A DNA stretch of 64,000 bases from a virus (lineage: Duplodnaviria; Caudoviricetes): the IMG/VR virus record IMGVR_UViG_3300025410_000009; one strand, written 5' to 3'. The stretch's first letter is position 1; each line of letters opens with the position of its first letter. Under the pieces are notes generated by a model. It was given only the letters and a program-made list of their open reading frames with translations. It did no database searches and had not been told where the DNA came from. The translations under genes were made by a program, and so were the position numbers. Positions 55,525 through 64,000 of the stretch are shown piece by piece.

Positions 55525-58500
55525 TTATCCACCGTGTAATAACCAAGCCACTGCATATCTACCACGTGGTATTTTACATATTAGCCCGGTATCAAATATA
55601 ACTCGATACGTATAGAAATTGGTGCCATAAATCAATTCAGGTTTAAAGTGCGAATAGCCTGCAGCAGCCGCTATAGCATCATGCTCGGTAGCAAATGCTC
55701 CGTACTCGGTGGTTATGTCTTCCTGCCACACAACGCCGCGATCCATCTCTGCGTAAGTAAACTTCATTATCATGGTGTAGCCTGAATCCACTTTGAATGA
55801 CGGTCTTACCGGTATAAACGGTATCGTATTCTGTTGTATCTGCAGACGTCGTGTAACCACCGACGATGTTGACTCTTGTTTGATTTGTACCGAGATCAAA
55901 ATATCGCTCAAATTTGTATTTGGTTTGTAGTGTGCACTTGTTAATATCAAACTTTGATAATTTTGAATATATTTTGGTCTAATTAAGATATCATCAGATT
56001 GAGCTTGTACGTACAATGGCCTGATCAAGGGCACATTGGGATTGTCGTGCACATAGATTGGCTTGATCATGATCGTATCGGGGTTGTCATGCACATAGAT
56101 TGGCTTGATCATGATCGTATCGGGGTTGTCATGTGACGAAATCATCTTGAGTAGGCGAGTCTCAGGATTGTCATGTGACGAAATCATCTTGAGCAAGCGA
56201 GTCTCAGGATTGTCATGTGACGAAATCATCTTGAGCAAGCGAGTTTCAGGATTGTCATGTGACGAAATCATTTTAATTAAACGAGTCTCGGGATTGTCAT
56301 GTGACGAAATCATCTTGAGCAGTCGAGTCTCGGGATTGTCATGTGACGAAATCATCTTGAGCAGTCGAGTCTCGGGATTGTCATGACCAACAATCATTTT
56401 AAGCAAGCGAGTCTCAGGATTCTCGTGCACAAACATGGTCTTGATCAATTTAATATTGACATGATCACGATCGTAATTTGTGCGTATCACAAACGAATCA
56501 AAATCGTTTTTGTCATACTGGCTTCGTATCACAAACGAATCAAAATCGTTTTTGTCATACTGGCTTCGTATCACAAACGAATCTGGATTGTTGTGACCAT
56601 ATGAGGTACGTAACAAAATTAAATTGGGGTTATTATCACCGTATGCATTTCGTATTACCGGTTCAGGCAATTGAAGATTTTCGTATGCCTGTATTCGTAC
56701 CTTGGCATCAGCTGTGGCTTCCAACTTGATTGGCAAGATTTGATTATTATCAAAATAATTAAAATCTATTTTGTACGAATAGTTACGATTGGTACCATAA
56801 TCATTGATCAATTTTTCATAGTGTGTATGATCTGATATCATAGTATTGATTTCTAAGTTGCTTGGAAATATCAATAATGTTTGTTTGTCTCTGTTAGGAT
56901 CCTGCAACGGTTTTGGCCCGTACGACAACGCAACAGTATTACTCAAAAGACGAGTATTATTTCCAAGTCCCAGTATATCATCAGACTTTATCCTAATAGG
57001 CAAATTTGGTCCACTGCGTGTACCATTAGTGCTCAGTAGCCTGGTGCCGCTCATGACCGATTGTTTGTCGTTAGATATAATTAATCTAGCACTCGACATG
57101 ACCGACTGTTTATCAGCTGATCGTAACTGGATAGCGCCGTAGGCATTTTGAAATGCAAACCCAATCTCCAATGATTTTGAGTGTGCAGACCTAGCAATAC
57201 TCAAGCTGGTGCTTGAAAATTTTGAATGTGCAGACCTAGCAATATTTGGTCCGATTCTGTAGAATTCGCTGTGATCAGATCTAGCAATCATCGGTCCAAT
57301 TCTATAAAATTCGCTGTGATTGGACCTAGTGACCATTGGCCCAATTCTGTAGAATTCACTGTGATCGGCTCTAGCAATCATTGGACCGATTCGATAGAAT
57401 TCACTATTATTGGCTCTAGCAACCATTGGGCCAATTCTATAAAAGTCAGAATGTGCTGCACGAGCTATTTCAGTGTTTAATTCTAAAAATTCAGTTTTTG
57501 CTGATCTAACAACAATAAACACGCCCGGACTAGTAAATGCCGAATGTGCTGATCGAGCTATTTCAGTGTTTAATTCTAAAAATGCCGAGTGGGCTGATCT
57601 AGCAATACTGATGCTGGTTCGCATGAATGCTGAATGTGCTGATCGAGCTATTTCGGTATTGGTTTCTAAAAATGCCGAGTGGGCTGATCTAGCAATACTG
57701 ATGCTGGTTCGCATGAATGCTGAATGTGCTGACCGAGCTATCTCCAAATTGACATTGGTAAATTCAGATTTATTCCCTAGACTTATTAAATTGTTAACTG
57801 CAACAAATTTGCTGTGTGCAGATCGTGATATCATGTTTGATGTTCGATCAAATTTTGTAACTGCTGCTCGATTCAATCCAGCATTATTCATAGTCAGCAT
57901 CACATGTGCCGATTTCATGTATTGAGCTACACTAATATCTCGACGAGATTTATTTTTGTTTTTAAAATCCAATAGGTCATGCGATCTACCAATAGCGGTG
58001 TTGTGTCTACGTGATGTCAATTGTGTGCTGCGATTTTTGACCATTGATTTACCACCAATTAATCGGTCACGGTTTATCATGGCCGAACTGTTTAAAGTCA
58101 ATGCCAAAGCGCCAGCATGTGTAAAATTTGGAAGGCCCATGGTTTGATTTACTATCTCCCAAGTGCCTACAACCAGTTCAACCACATCGTCATCAACATC
58201 GGTGTAGACTTGAGTAATAGTCACGTTGCTATCAAAATAGCTTTCCACAGTACGACCCAGAGCAATTTCTGTACCCAACTTTACATTGACATAAAAGTCG
58301 GATGTTATAACCCCGTTTATAATAAAAAAACTGTTGCCCCCACTGATGCCCAAATTGGCCGAAAAATTACCAGTTATCCCAGACACAGCTATGTTGGCTG
58401 TTACACATTGTATTATGGGTGGCTCAGTTACTTCAGGTACAAATGCCCCAGTGATAAAACTTTGTGTGGGCATGTCAATTATTTCCTCAGCACCAGTCAA

Positions 58501-60714
58501 GATTGGTGGATTAAATCGCACATAAGGTTGTTCCAATGCCGGAAACGATAAAAAATCAATTGGTGTTGGTACTATGTTTTGTGCTATAAATTTAAAAATT
58601 TGTGCGCCTAACACATACACCACATTAGTATCATACTGTTTGTAACTGGAAACAAAAGACACTGCCAGTAAATCGCCACCGGCGAATTGCGAATAGTAGT
58701 CACCAACTACCAATACACCATTTTTTGTAATAGTGACTGTGTAGTAGTTGGGTATAACAAACTGATATATAGCAGTATCACCGCTGACCACAGTATCTTG
58801 TTCAACCTGAGACAGCGGATACAGTCCGTTATAGGAAATAACCACAGGACTAGACAGTGCTGGATTCAGGCTGATAGGAATCGCAAATTGTCTCTGGCCT
58901 AGGGTAAAAATAGGTGCTAGGCCCGAACTCACTTGCTTGTCTAGGCCGGCATACACAGTTACCGTAACAATGTCGTTGGGGTTTACCATGAGTGTGCCGT
59001 CGTAATCGAGGCCATTTAATTTCAATGACCCGTACTCGATGCCCATCAAGACCGGCTGTAAATGCTTGGGCATGGTAAAACTTTCGCTATACAAGCCGTT
59101 GGCATCAGGCAGCTTGATAGAAAAATCAAAGTATCTGGGAAAGTAAGTTTGTGCTACCGCTTTGACTTGAAAGTCAAATGCACTGTCGCCAATGATACAA
59201 GGTACTTGTTGTACACCAGCAACATGTACTGCATAGCTGATGGCAAACACATCACCGTTATTCAATTGAGCACCTACAGTACCGGCACTGTTGGATCTAA
59301 CACCGTTTATCCAAAGTACCACACCCGGCGGGGTATATGTGGTCACCGACTGTACACCCAACAGTTGTGCGGTTATCAAATTACTACCTACATGGCTCAC
59401 AGGAGCGGTAACCGGTTTGAATTGGAACGGAATTATTCTATATAAATCTTTGGTTTCTAACAGCGTGAAATCTTTAAGCCAGTGCGAGGCTATAATGCTG
59501 CCCCCTAGGACCGATACCCACGTGACTTTGTAACCAAATGTTAAAGTTTTAACCAGGTGGAAACTAAAATCGTAAACCAAAACTTCAGGTGAATCGTTGC
59601 CACAGATGTACAGCAAGTTGTCTCTGACTTGTGTGTAACTGGGACTAAATCCGCCGGTAAAGAACGAATCTACAAATTGATTGGTCACGGTGTCATACAC
59701 AAATATTTCACCAGTTTCACCTTCGGGTATACAAATACGTGTATCAACTCTGATGGGCTGACCCAATGCAATTCCCTGCCGTAATTCAGTAAAAACACCG
59801 GCATTGGTAACTGAAAATATCTTGTTAGACTGTGTGGTTATGATGGCAGCCGACGAGTCGGGAAATGCAGCTATGCCAAACGCATACTCGTCAAAATTGT
59901 AAGTGGCTATCAAGTTATACGACATTGTTGGATCTAAGATCCAGATTGTACCGTTGCCGGCTACCCAGACATAGCTACCATCGTAGTCCAAACATGTAGC
60001 AGCCGGCACTGACTTGGTTGATCGTATTTTTCTAAGATATGTGATCTCGTCTTCGCCTGGTATTCTTGACACATAGGTCAGGTCAACAAATTCGCTATAA
60101 TTTAAAATAGCGTTCAGTCGCGGAATAGGATTTTTCGAAAGTGTCGCTTGTACATTATATAATGAACCACCAAAGCATAGAATCAGCACTTCGTTAGTAC
60201 CGTATATTCTCACATAATCAATGGGTGCCGACGGCAATGATATTTTGCTTATTAATATGCCACTGGCATTGTAAAAGTATGCAGCATTGCTATTGTCATC
60301 CATCACAACATGGCAATCCGATGTCAACAAGTTTGTGGTTGCGCCCAGTGTGACTGGATAGTTTTTGCCAGACGGAGTCTGATAGGTCAGTGTATGGTCT
60401 GTAGGAAAATAGTTATACCACTGTTTCTTTGGATCAATTACGTGAAATGTAAAAGGTTTTTGACATATTACTGCAAATACCTGTGGTACACCATTGATGG
60501 TATAATTGTAAAATGCAGTATATAAGAAATCAACAGGTGCGGTAACTGCCGCAACCACAACGTCACTGGCATTTGCTGTTGCATATTGCCCATGTGATGC
60601 ACCATTGATTTGAAAATCAATGTTGTCGGTGGTGGCTAACGATATGGTTTCGGTTGCAACAAATTGTGTAGTTACTTGCGAATTTGGAAAAGCTCTTGAG
60701 ATCGACGAAAACAT
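55525..60714 (-). CDS. Large structural protein: YVTN/YncE-like propeller, Ig-like region, 15-aa and 14-aa tandem repeats (1729 aa)
   Basis: Propeller-like blades (YVWVAGNGTIWILDP, GEIFVYDTVTNQ, LYICGNDSPEVLVYD), then IARSAHS.F and HDNPETRLLKM repeats. GGAG SD. Confidence 0.8.
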   Translation of the reverse strand: MFSSISRAFPNSQVTTQFVATETISLATTDNIDFQINGASHGQYATANASDVVVAAVTAPVDFLYTAFYNYTINGVPQVFAVICQKPFTFHVIDPKKQWYNYFPTDHTLTYQTPSGKNYPVTLGATTNLLTSDCHVVMDDNSNAAYFYNASGILISKISLPSAPIDYVRIYGTNEVLILCFGGSLYNVQATLSKNPIPRLNAILNYSEFVDLTYVSRIPGEDEITYLRKIRSTKSVPAATCLDYDGSYVWVAGNGTIWILDPTMSYNLIATYNFDEYAFGIAAFPDSSAAIITTQSNKIFSVTNAGVFTELRQGIALGQPIRVDTRICIPEGETGEIFVYDTVTNQFVDSFFTGGFSPSYTQVRDNLLYICGNDSPEVLVYDFSFHLVKTLTFGYKVTWVSVLGGSIIASHWLKDFTLLETKDLYRIIPFQFKPVTAPVSHVGSNLITAQLLGVQSVTTYTPPGVVLWINGVRSNSAGTVGAQLNNGDVFAISYAVHVAGVQQVPCIIGDSAFDFQVKAVAQTYFPRYFDFSIKLPDANGLYSESFTMPKHLQPVLMGIEYGSLKLNGLDYDGTLMVNPNDIVTVTVYAGLDKQVSSGLAPIFTLGQRQFAIPISLNPALSSPVVISYNGLYPLSQVEQDTVVSGDTAIYQFVIPNYYTVTITKNGVLVVGDYYSQFAGGDLLAVSFVSSYKQYDTNVVYVLGAQIFKFIAQNIVPTPIDFLSFPALEQPYVRFNPPILTGAEEIIDMPTQSFITGAFVPEVTEPPIIQCVTANIAVSGITGNFSANLGISGGNSFFIINGVITSDFYVNVKLGTEIALGRTVESYFDSNVTITQVYTDVDDDVVELVVGTWEIVNQTMGLPNFTHAGALALTLNSSAMINRDRLIGGKSMVKNRSTQLTSRRHNTAIGRSHDLLDFKNKNKSRRDISVAQYMKSAHVMLTMNNAGLNRAAVTKFDRTSNMISRSAHSKFVAVNNLISLGNKSEFTNVNLEIARSAHSAFMRTSISIARSAHSAFLETNTEIARSAHSAFMRTSISIARSAHSAFLELNTEIARSAHSAFTSPGVFIVVRSAKTEFLELNTEIARAAHSDFYRIGPMVARANNSEFYRIGPMIARADHSEFYRIGPMVTRSNHSEFYRIGPMIARSDHSEFYRIGPNIARSAHSKFSSTSLSIARSAHSKSLEIGFAFQNAYGAIQLRSADKQSVMSSARLIISNDKQSVMSGTRLLSTNGTRSGPNLPIRIKSDDILGLGNNTRLLSNTVALSYGPKPLQDPNRDKQTLLIFPSNLEINTMISDHTHYEKLINDYGTNRNYSYKIDFNYFDNNQILPIKLEATADAKVRIQAYENLQLPEPVIRNAYGDNNPNLILLRTSYGHNNPDSFVIRSQYDKNDFDSFVIRSQYDKNDFDSFVIRTNYDRDHVNIKLIKTMFVHENPETRLLKMIVGHDNPETRLLKMISSHDNPETRLLKMISSHDNPETRLIKMISSHDNPETRLLKMISSHDNPETRLLKMISSHDNPETRLLKMISSHDNPDTIMIKPIYVHDNPDTIMIKPIYVHDNPNVPLIRPLYVQAQSDDILIRPKYIQNYQSLILTSAHYKPNTNLSDILISVQIKQESTSSVVTRRLQIQQNTIPFIPVRPSFKVDSGYTMIMKFTYAEMDRGVVWQEDITTEYGAFATEHDAIAAAAGYSHFKPELIYGTNFYTYRVIFDTGLICKIPRGRYAVAWLLHGG
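56010..56665 (-). repeat. 42-nt (14-aa) coding tandem repeats
   Basis: ATGTGACGAAATCAT occurs at 56131, 56173, 56215, 56257, 56299 and 56341. Flanking units FVIRSQYDKNDFDS and HDNPDTIMIKPIYV keep the 14-aa period. Confidence 0.92.
57160..57885 (-). repeat. 45-nt (15-aa) coding tandem repeats
   Basis: About 16 units of IARSAHSAFMRTSIS / IARSDHSEFYRIGPM type. A 68-nt stretch at 57575-57642 recurs exactly 90 nt later. Confidence 0.9.
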
Positions 60715-60784
60715 TTACTGCTCCAAATTCACAAATGCTGGGTTTGTTACTCCCAACGCCGCATATGATTGCATGTAAGCAACA

Positions 60785-62335
60785 TTAGCTATATTTATTG
60801 TTAGCTGGCAGCTCTTTAATGACCATGATACGCATGTCAGTGCCGTTAACACCGCTTGGCCATAATGCATGATATGTACGTTTAACTGGGGAGTTAGAGC
60901 CATTAATATTCAAGTATTCGTTATATACTGCCACATCGATCTCTTGACCACCACCTACTACGTCAGCGCCGACTGTGCCCAGCATGTCTAGTTCATCAGC
61001 ATATTTGAAACGACTGGTGTTCAAATTATTGATAAACGAAATAACATACTCGCCGTTCTCGGTCAAACTCAACTGTTGAGTAGAATTAATAACTGCGCCA
61101 CTATCTAACGAGTTAACATCGGCTTGTTTTCTTGTACTAGGAATTGGCAAGTCGTGTTCGCGAACAATAAACTTGTAGAATTGATTATCGGTCGAGTTTA
61201 CACAGAACAAGGGTCTATTGCCGGTATTGGCTGGATCACCGTGTGGGAAGCCAGGTAGTACGCCGCGCACAATGCCGGTAGATTTATCAACGCTGCGTTG
61301 TACCAACAACCAACTAAAACCAAGTGCCAACTCTTCAGGATTTTCACCCCAGACTGACAGGAATAGACCATGGTCGGTCAACACAATACGATAGCTCATT
61401 GGACTGGCTTCTTGTGCAGTTGCATCGTCAACTGGGTTTGTACCAAACAAGCCTGATACTTTTGATTTGTAATTCCAGCGATTTACAAAAAGTTCACCGC
61501 GATTATAAACATCGGGTCCATCACCGTATAGTGTTGCGCCGCTAGTAACTGCAGTTACTCCGTTGGGGCCTGCTGGGGTATGGACGCTAACTCCCGGAGC
61601 TGAAGTAGCCGGTGCGCCCTGAATCTTTGTACTGTCAAGCGGGTCCCAAGGGTTTGACCACGGAGCGCCTGTGTTGCCTACTGGTTCAGTGTATAGTCTC
61701 GGTGCGCCACTTATATAGTCTGTGCCAAACGCCAATTGGCCATCGGTTTGGCCATTTATTAGTGCATGAGCGAACCAAGGTGGTGTCAACGACGCTGCGT
61801 TGCCTGTAGTTAATGTAACTTGATCGTAAGCAATGTGTACGTTTGCAGAAGCAGAGCCAGGATTTCCCGGATCGCCCACTCGAATAGTAGCCGGGGTACC
61901 AAGATATACGCCCATGCTTTTGACTTTTATATTAGCGTCCCAAGCTGTCCAAGTCCCTGTTCTACCGTTTTGTCCGGCAGAATATAGTTCATAGGGCAAC
62001 CACTCAAAAGTTTGGAATACAATCCGCCATGGATCTGTTGCAGGATCGTCAACAGTGACATCACTTCTTGCAAACGGATCCATGTTTGTAGTTGACTCTA
62101 GCACAATGGTGTAGTTTTTTGTGGCGTCTACACTATTATAATTAGTAAAATCAATTGAGTTATCATTTACATAAACTATTTTCATGTGGTTTGCTTTTGG
62201 TACACCAAATAGTGGTGTACCGTTGCCAGATAGATCTCGCACCATTTGCCACAGTAATGTGTTGGTTTCGGGGGCACCTTGCCCGGTATAAGTGGTTACT
62301 GGGATTGTTGGTGCAGATGATGTAATTGTTGCCAT
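60785..62335 (-). CDS. Jumbo-phage virion structural protein, paralog of 62351..64000 (516 aa)
   Basis: DPWRIVF..PMSYRIVLTDHGLFLSVW..FSWLLVQRSVD..KFIVREHD..NTSRFKYADELDMLGTVGADVV. Confidence 0.75.
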   Translation of the reverse strand: MATITSSAPTIPVTTYTGQGAPETNTLLWQMVRDLSGNGTPLFGVPKANHMKIVYVNDNSIDFTNYNSVDATKNYTIVLESTTNMDPFARSDVTVDDPATDPWRIVFQTFEWLPYELYSAGQNGRTGTWTAWDANIKVKSMGVYLGTPATIRVGDPGNPGSASANVHIAYDQVTLTTGNAASLTPPWFAHALINGQTDGQLAFGTDYISGAPRLYTEPVGNTGAPWSNPWDPLDSTKIQGAPATSAPGVSVHTPAGPNGVTAVTSGATLYGDGPDVYNRGELFVNRWNYKSKVSGLFGTNPVDDATAQEASPMSYRIVLTDHGLFLSVWGENPEELALGFSWLLVQRSVDKSTGIVRGVLPGFPHGDPANTGNRPLFCVNSTDNQFYKFIVREHDLPIPSTRKQADVNSLDSGAVINSTQQLSLTENGEYVISFINNLNTSRFKYADELDMLGTVGADVVGGGQEIDVAVYNEYLNINGSNSPVKRTYHALWPSGVNGTDMRIMVIKELPANNKYS

Positions 62336-62350
62336 TATTAGTTTTCCTTA

Positions 62351-64000
62351 TTATGATGGTATGTAAGTAAAGAAGAAATCTTTAGATGTATAGCCACCGC
62401 CAGTTTTACTCAAGTATCTATCAAGGTCTTCAGCATTCACTGCATCCACCGTAAACACAATATCAGTTGGCTGTGTGTATGCTGCAGCTTGGATGCCGGC
62501 ACCGCCCAAAACAAAATTACCAGTGTCTTTGTCTAGATCAATGCCAAGCACATGCAATATGCTCTTGCCGCTAGATATATAATACTTGGGTGGATTACGA
62601 GCTATGCCTGTAGAGTCAGTAATTGGTGCTGCAGTTACATTTGTAGTTGGTAGCACAGTTAGCCCATGGCTTATATCGCCTAACGGATAAGGATCGTTAA
62701 ATGTTGCATTTGTGCCAATTTTTGCTATTACACTAGCACCAGCTGGATCGTATGCGCCACCAGCTTGATCTGGCCACCATGGGCCTTGTGGTGAGCACAA
62801 GGCAGCAATTCTTAATCCAGTGTTGTTGGCGCCTGCAGGTGGTAACGCAGCATAGGTTCTAGCACCAAGTTCGCCATAAGCTCTAAATTGAATTTGCTGT
62901 CCTGCCATAACAACATCAGCTGATGTTGTACCCATCAAATCTAATTCTTCAGTGTATCTAAATCTTGGCGTAGTCAAGTTGTGTGGGAAAGTCAACAAAT
63001 ATGTTTTATCTTCAGTCAACACAATTTGATTTTGACTGTTAAACAACATGCAGTTGTCAATGGTATTTTGATCAGCAGGTACACGAGCTGTTGGGTGTAG
63101 TACGTCTGATTCACGAACAATCATTTTGTAATATTTGTAGTTGACACCGTTGACCATGAATACTGGGCACTTGCCTTGAACTAGGGTAGCACCAGTATTG
63201 CGATCAACTGGACGTTGCACCACAACCCAATTGAAATAATTACTACTTGCTGTAGCTGCTGCACGTTGAGTACTCCAGTTACCTTCCCATACACCCAAGA
63301 AGAATCCTCTATTGGCCATGGTCAATCGATAGTTCATTGGATATGTAACTGATTGATTTGCTACACGAATTTTTCTATTATAGAACCCTTCGTTAACATC
63401 CGTAGACACAAACTGCCCATTTGTTTGCAGGCCGCCTATAGAGCCAACACTGTCAATGATGGCGCCGGTATCGTCTGTGATCTTACTAATAGTAACATGC
63501 CCAGCTGCCGGGTCGTTGTTCATCTGTAATGCTGTGGCTATGGCACCCGATACCATCTGCTCGTCAGTGACTGTGAATTGTAATCTCCATGGTTGAGTTG
63601 GCATGGGAACATCAGGTGGTGTTGCATTATCTGTGATGGGATCAAGTTGTGCAGTCACATCCAATGTGAAACTAAACGAGTCGGGATTTTTATTAATCAC
63701 AAGCCCAGTAGTCGGATCAATTATGTTAGAATTGGCTATGGCATTGTATTGTGTTAGCGGAGTTGAGTATTTGTCAACTCGGATAGTAGCAACTTTGGTA
63801 GTGGTGGCATGACCATTAACGTCTGCGGTATAAAGATCAACATTGGCCGATGTACCAACATCTATTTGATTGTATATTAACGAAATATCATAGCCATTTG
63901 TGAGTGAAGGCTCAAAGTCAGATCTCACATCACTGGTCAGTGTAACATTGCCTGATGCACCAGCTGCATCAGTTTGATTTACATAAACATAGAGTGGGGC
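62351..64000 (-). CDS. Jumbo-phage virion structural protein, paralog of 60785..62335 (5'-truncated)
   Basis: The frame stays open to the window end (APLYVYVNQTDAAGASGNVTLTSDVRSDF). QPWRLQF..PMNYRLTMANRGFFLGVW..FNWVVVQRPVD..KMIVRESD..TTPRFRYTEELDLMGTTSADVV. Confidence 0.78.
   Translation of the reverse strand, partial: APLYVYVNQTDAAGASGNVTLTSDVRSDFEPSLTNGYDISLIYNQIDVGTSANVDLYTADVNGHATTTKVATIRVDKYSTPLTQYNAIANSNIIDPTTGLVINKNPDSFSFTLDVTAQLDPITDNATPPDVPMPTQPWRLQFTVTDEQMVSGAIATALQMNNDPAAGHVTISKITDDTGAIIDSVGSIGGLQTNGQFVSTDVNEGFYNRKIRVANQSVTYPMNYRLTMANRGFFLGVWEGNWSTQRAAATASSNYFNWVVVQRPVDRNTGATLVQGKCPVFMVNGVNYKYYKMIVRESDVLHPTARVPADQNTIDNCMLFNSQNQIVLTEDKTYLLTFPHNLTTPRFRYTEELDLMGTTSADVVMAGQQIQFRAYGELGARTYAALPPAGANNTGLRIAALCSPQGPWWPDQAGGAYDPAGASVIAKIGTNATFNDPYPLGDISHGLTVLPTTNVTAAPITDSTGIARNPPKYYISSGKSILHVLGIDLDKDTGNFVLGGAGIQAAAYTQPTDIVFTVDAVNAEDLDRYLSKTGGGYTSKDFFFTYIPS

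Noticed and set aside
13036-55565. Longer starts from the ORF track at 13080, 41881 and 55565 (also 4642 and 1920)
   Set aside because: The first three overlap the upstream gene. In all five a downstream ATG has better SD, coupling or promoter context.
56040-56430. 42-nt direct repeats as a CRISPR array
   Set aside because: The units are contiguous with no unique spacers, their length is a multiple of 3, variation is largely synonymous inside a long ORF, and there are no cas genes.
56105-57925. Plus-strand repeat ORFs (SGLSCDEIIL..., AECADRAIS...)
   Set aside because: They are antisense to the 1729-aa gene and confined to the repeat tract, where periodicity removes stop codons.
60715-60903. 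62-aa ORF between the 516-aa and 1729-aa genes
   Set aside because: It mostly overlaps the 516-aa gene in another frame and has no recognisable motif. The 1729-aa gene has its own GGAG SD.
1-64000. Stop-codon reassignment
   Set aside because: Genes up to 2284 aa are intact in code 11, and gene junctions end in TAA or TGA, not in-frame TAG.
1-64000. tRNA, rRNA, introns, inteins or mobile elements
   Set aside because: Intergenic gaps are about 110 nt or less with no cloverleaf seen, enzyme lengths are typical with no intein motifs seen, and there are no integrase, transposase or homing endonuclease motifs.

Overview
This window is a fragment of a large T4-superfamily (jumbo) tailed phage genome, almost fully coding in genetic code 11. 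The left end holds a 5'-truncated T4 gp15-like tail completion gene and a NUDIX hydrolase. A small enzyme block follows: a three-domain glycosyltransferase fusion, a complete NodU/CmcH/TobZ-type O-carbamoyltransferase and a GT9-like glycosyltransferase. Positions 7.7-64 kb are one minus-strand run of about 26 virion fibre, adhesin and structural genes. These are built from reused modules: proline-poor (GYT-GSx)n collagen-like repeats, GALxVxGG shaft motifs, 12 LamG/ConA-like domains, 6 glycine-rich domains, a C1q-like domain, an Asp-box propeller, a beta-helix, two Mtd_N-like N-termini, six copies of a ~108-aa beta-sandwich, and a protein with 14- and 15-aa tandem repeats. T4-late-like TAAATA motifs precede many genes. 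I found no tRNA, CRISPR array, integrase, reverse transcriptase or transposase. The leading hypothesis (inference, untested) is a phage-encoded glycosylation and carbamoylation system that modifies the Thr-rich collagen-like fibres encoded beside it. All family assignments come from motif recognition by eye; no database search was run.
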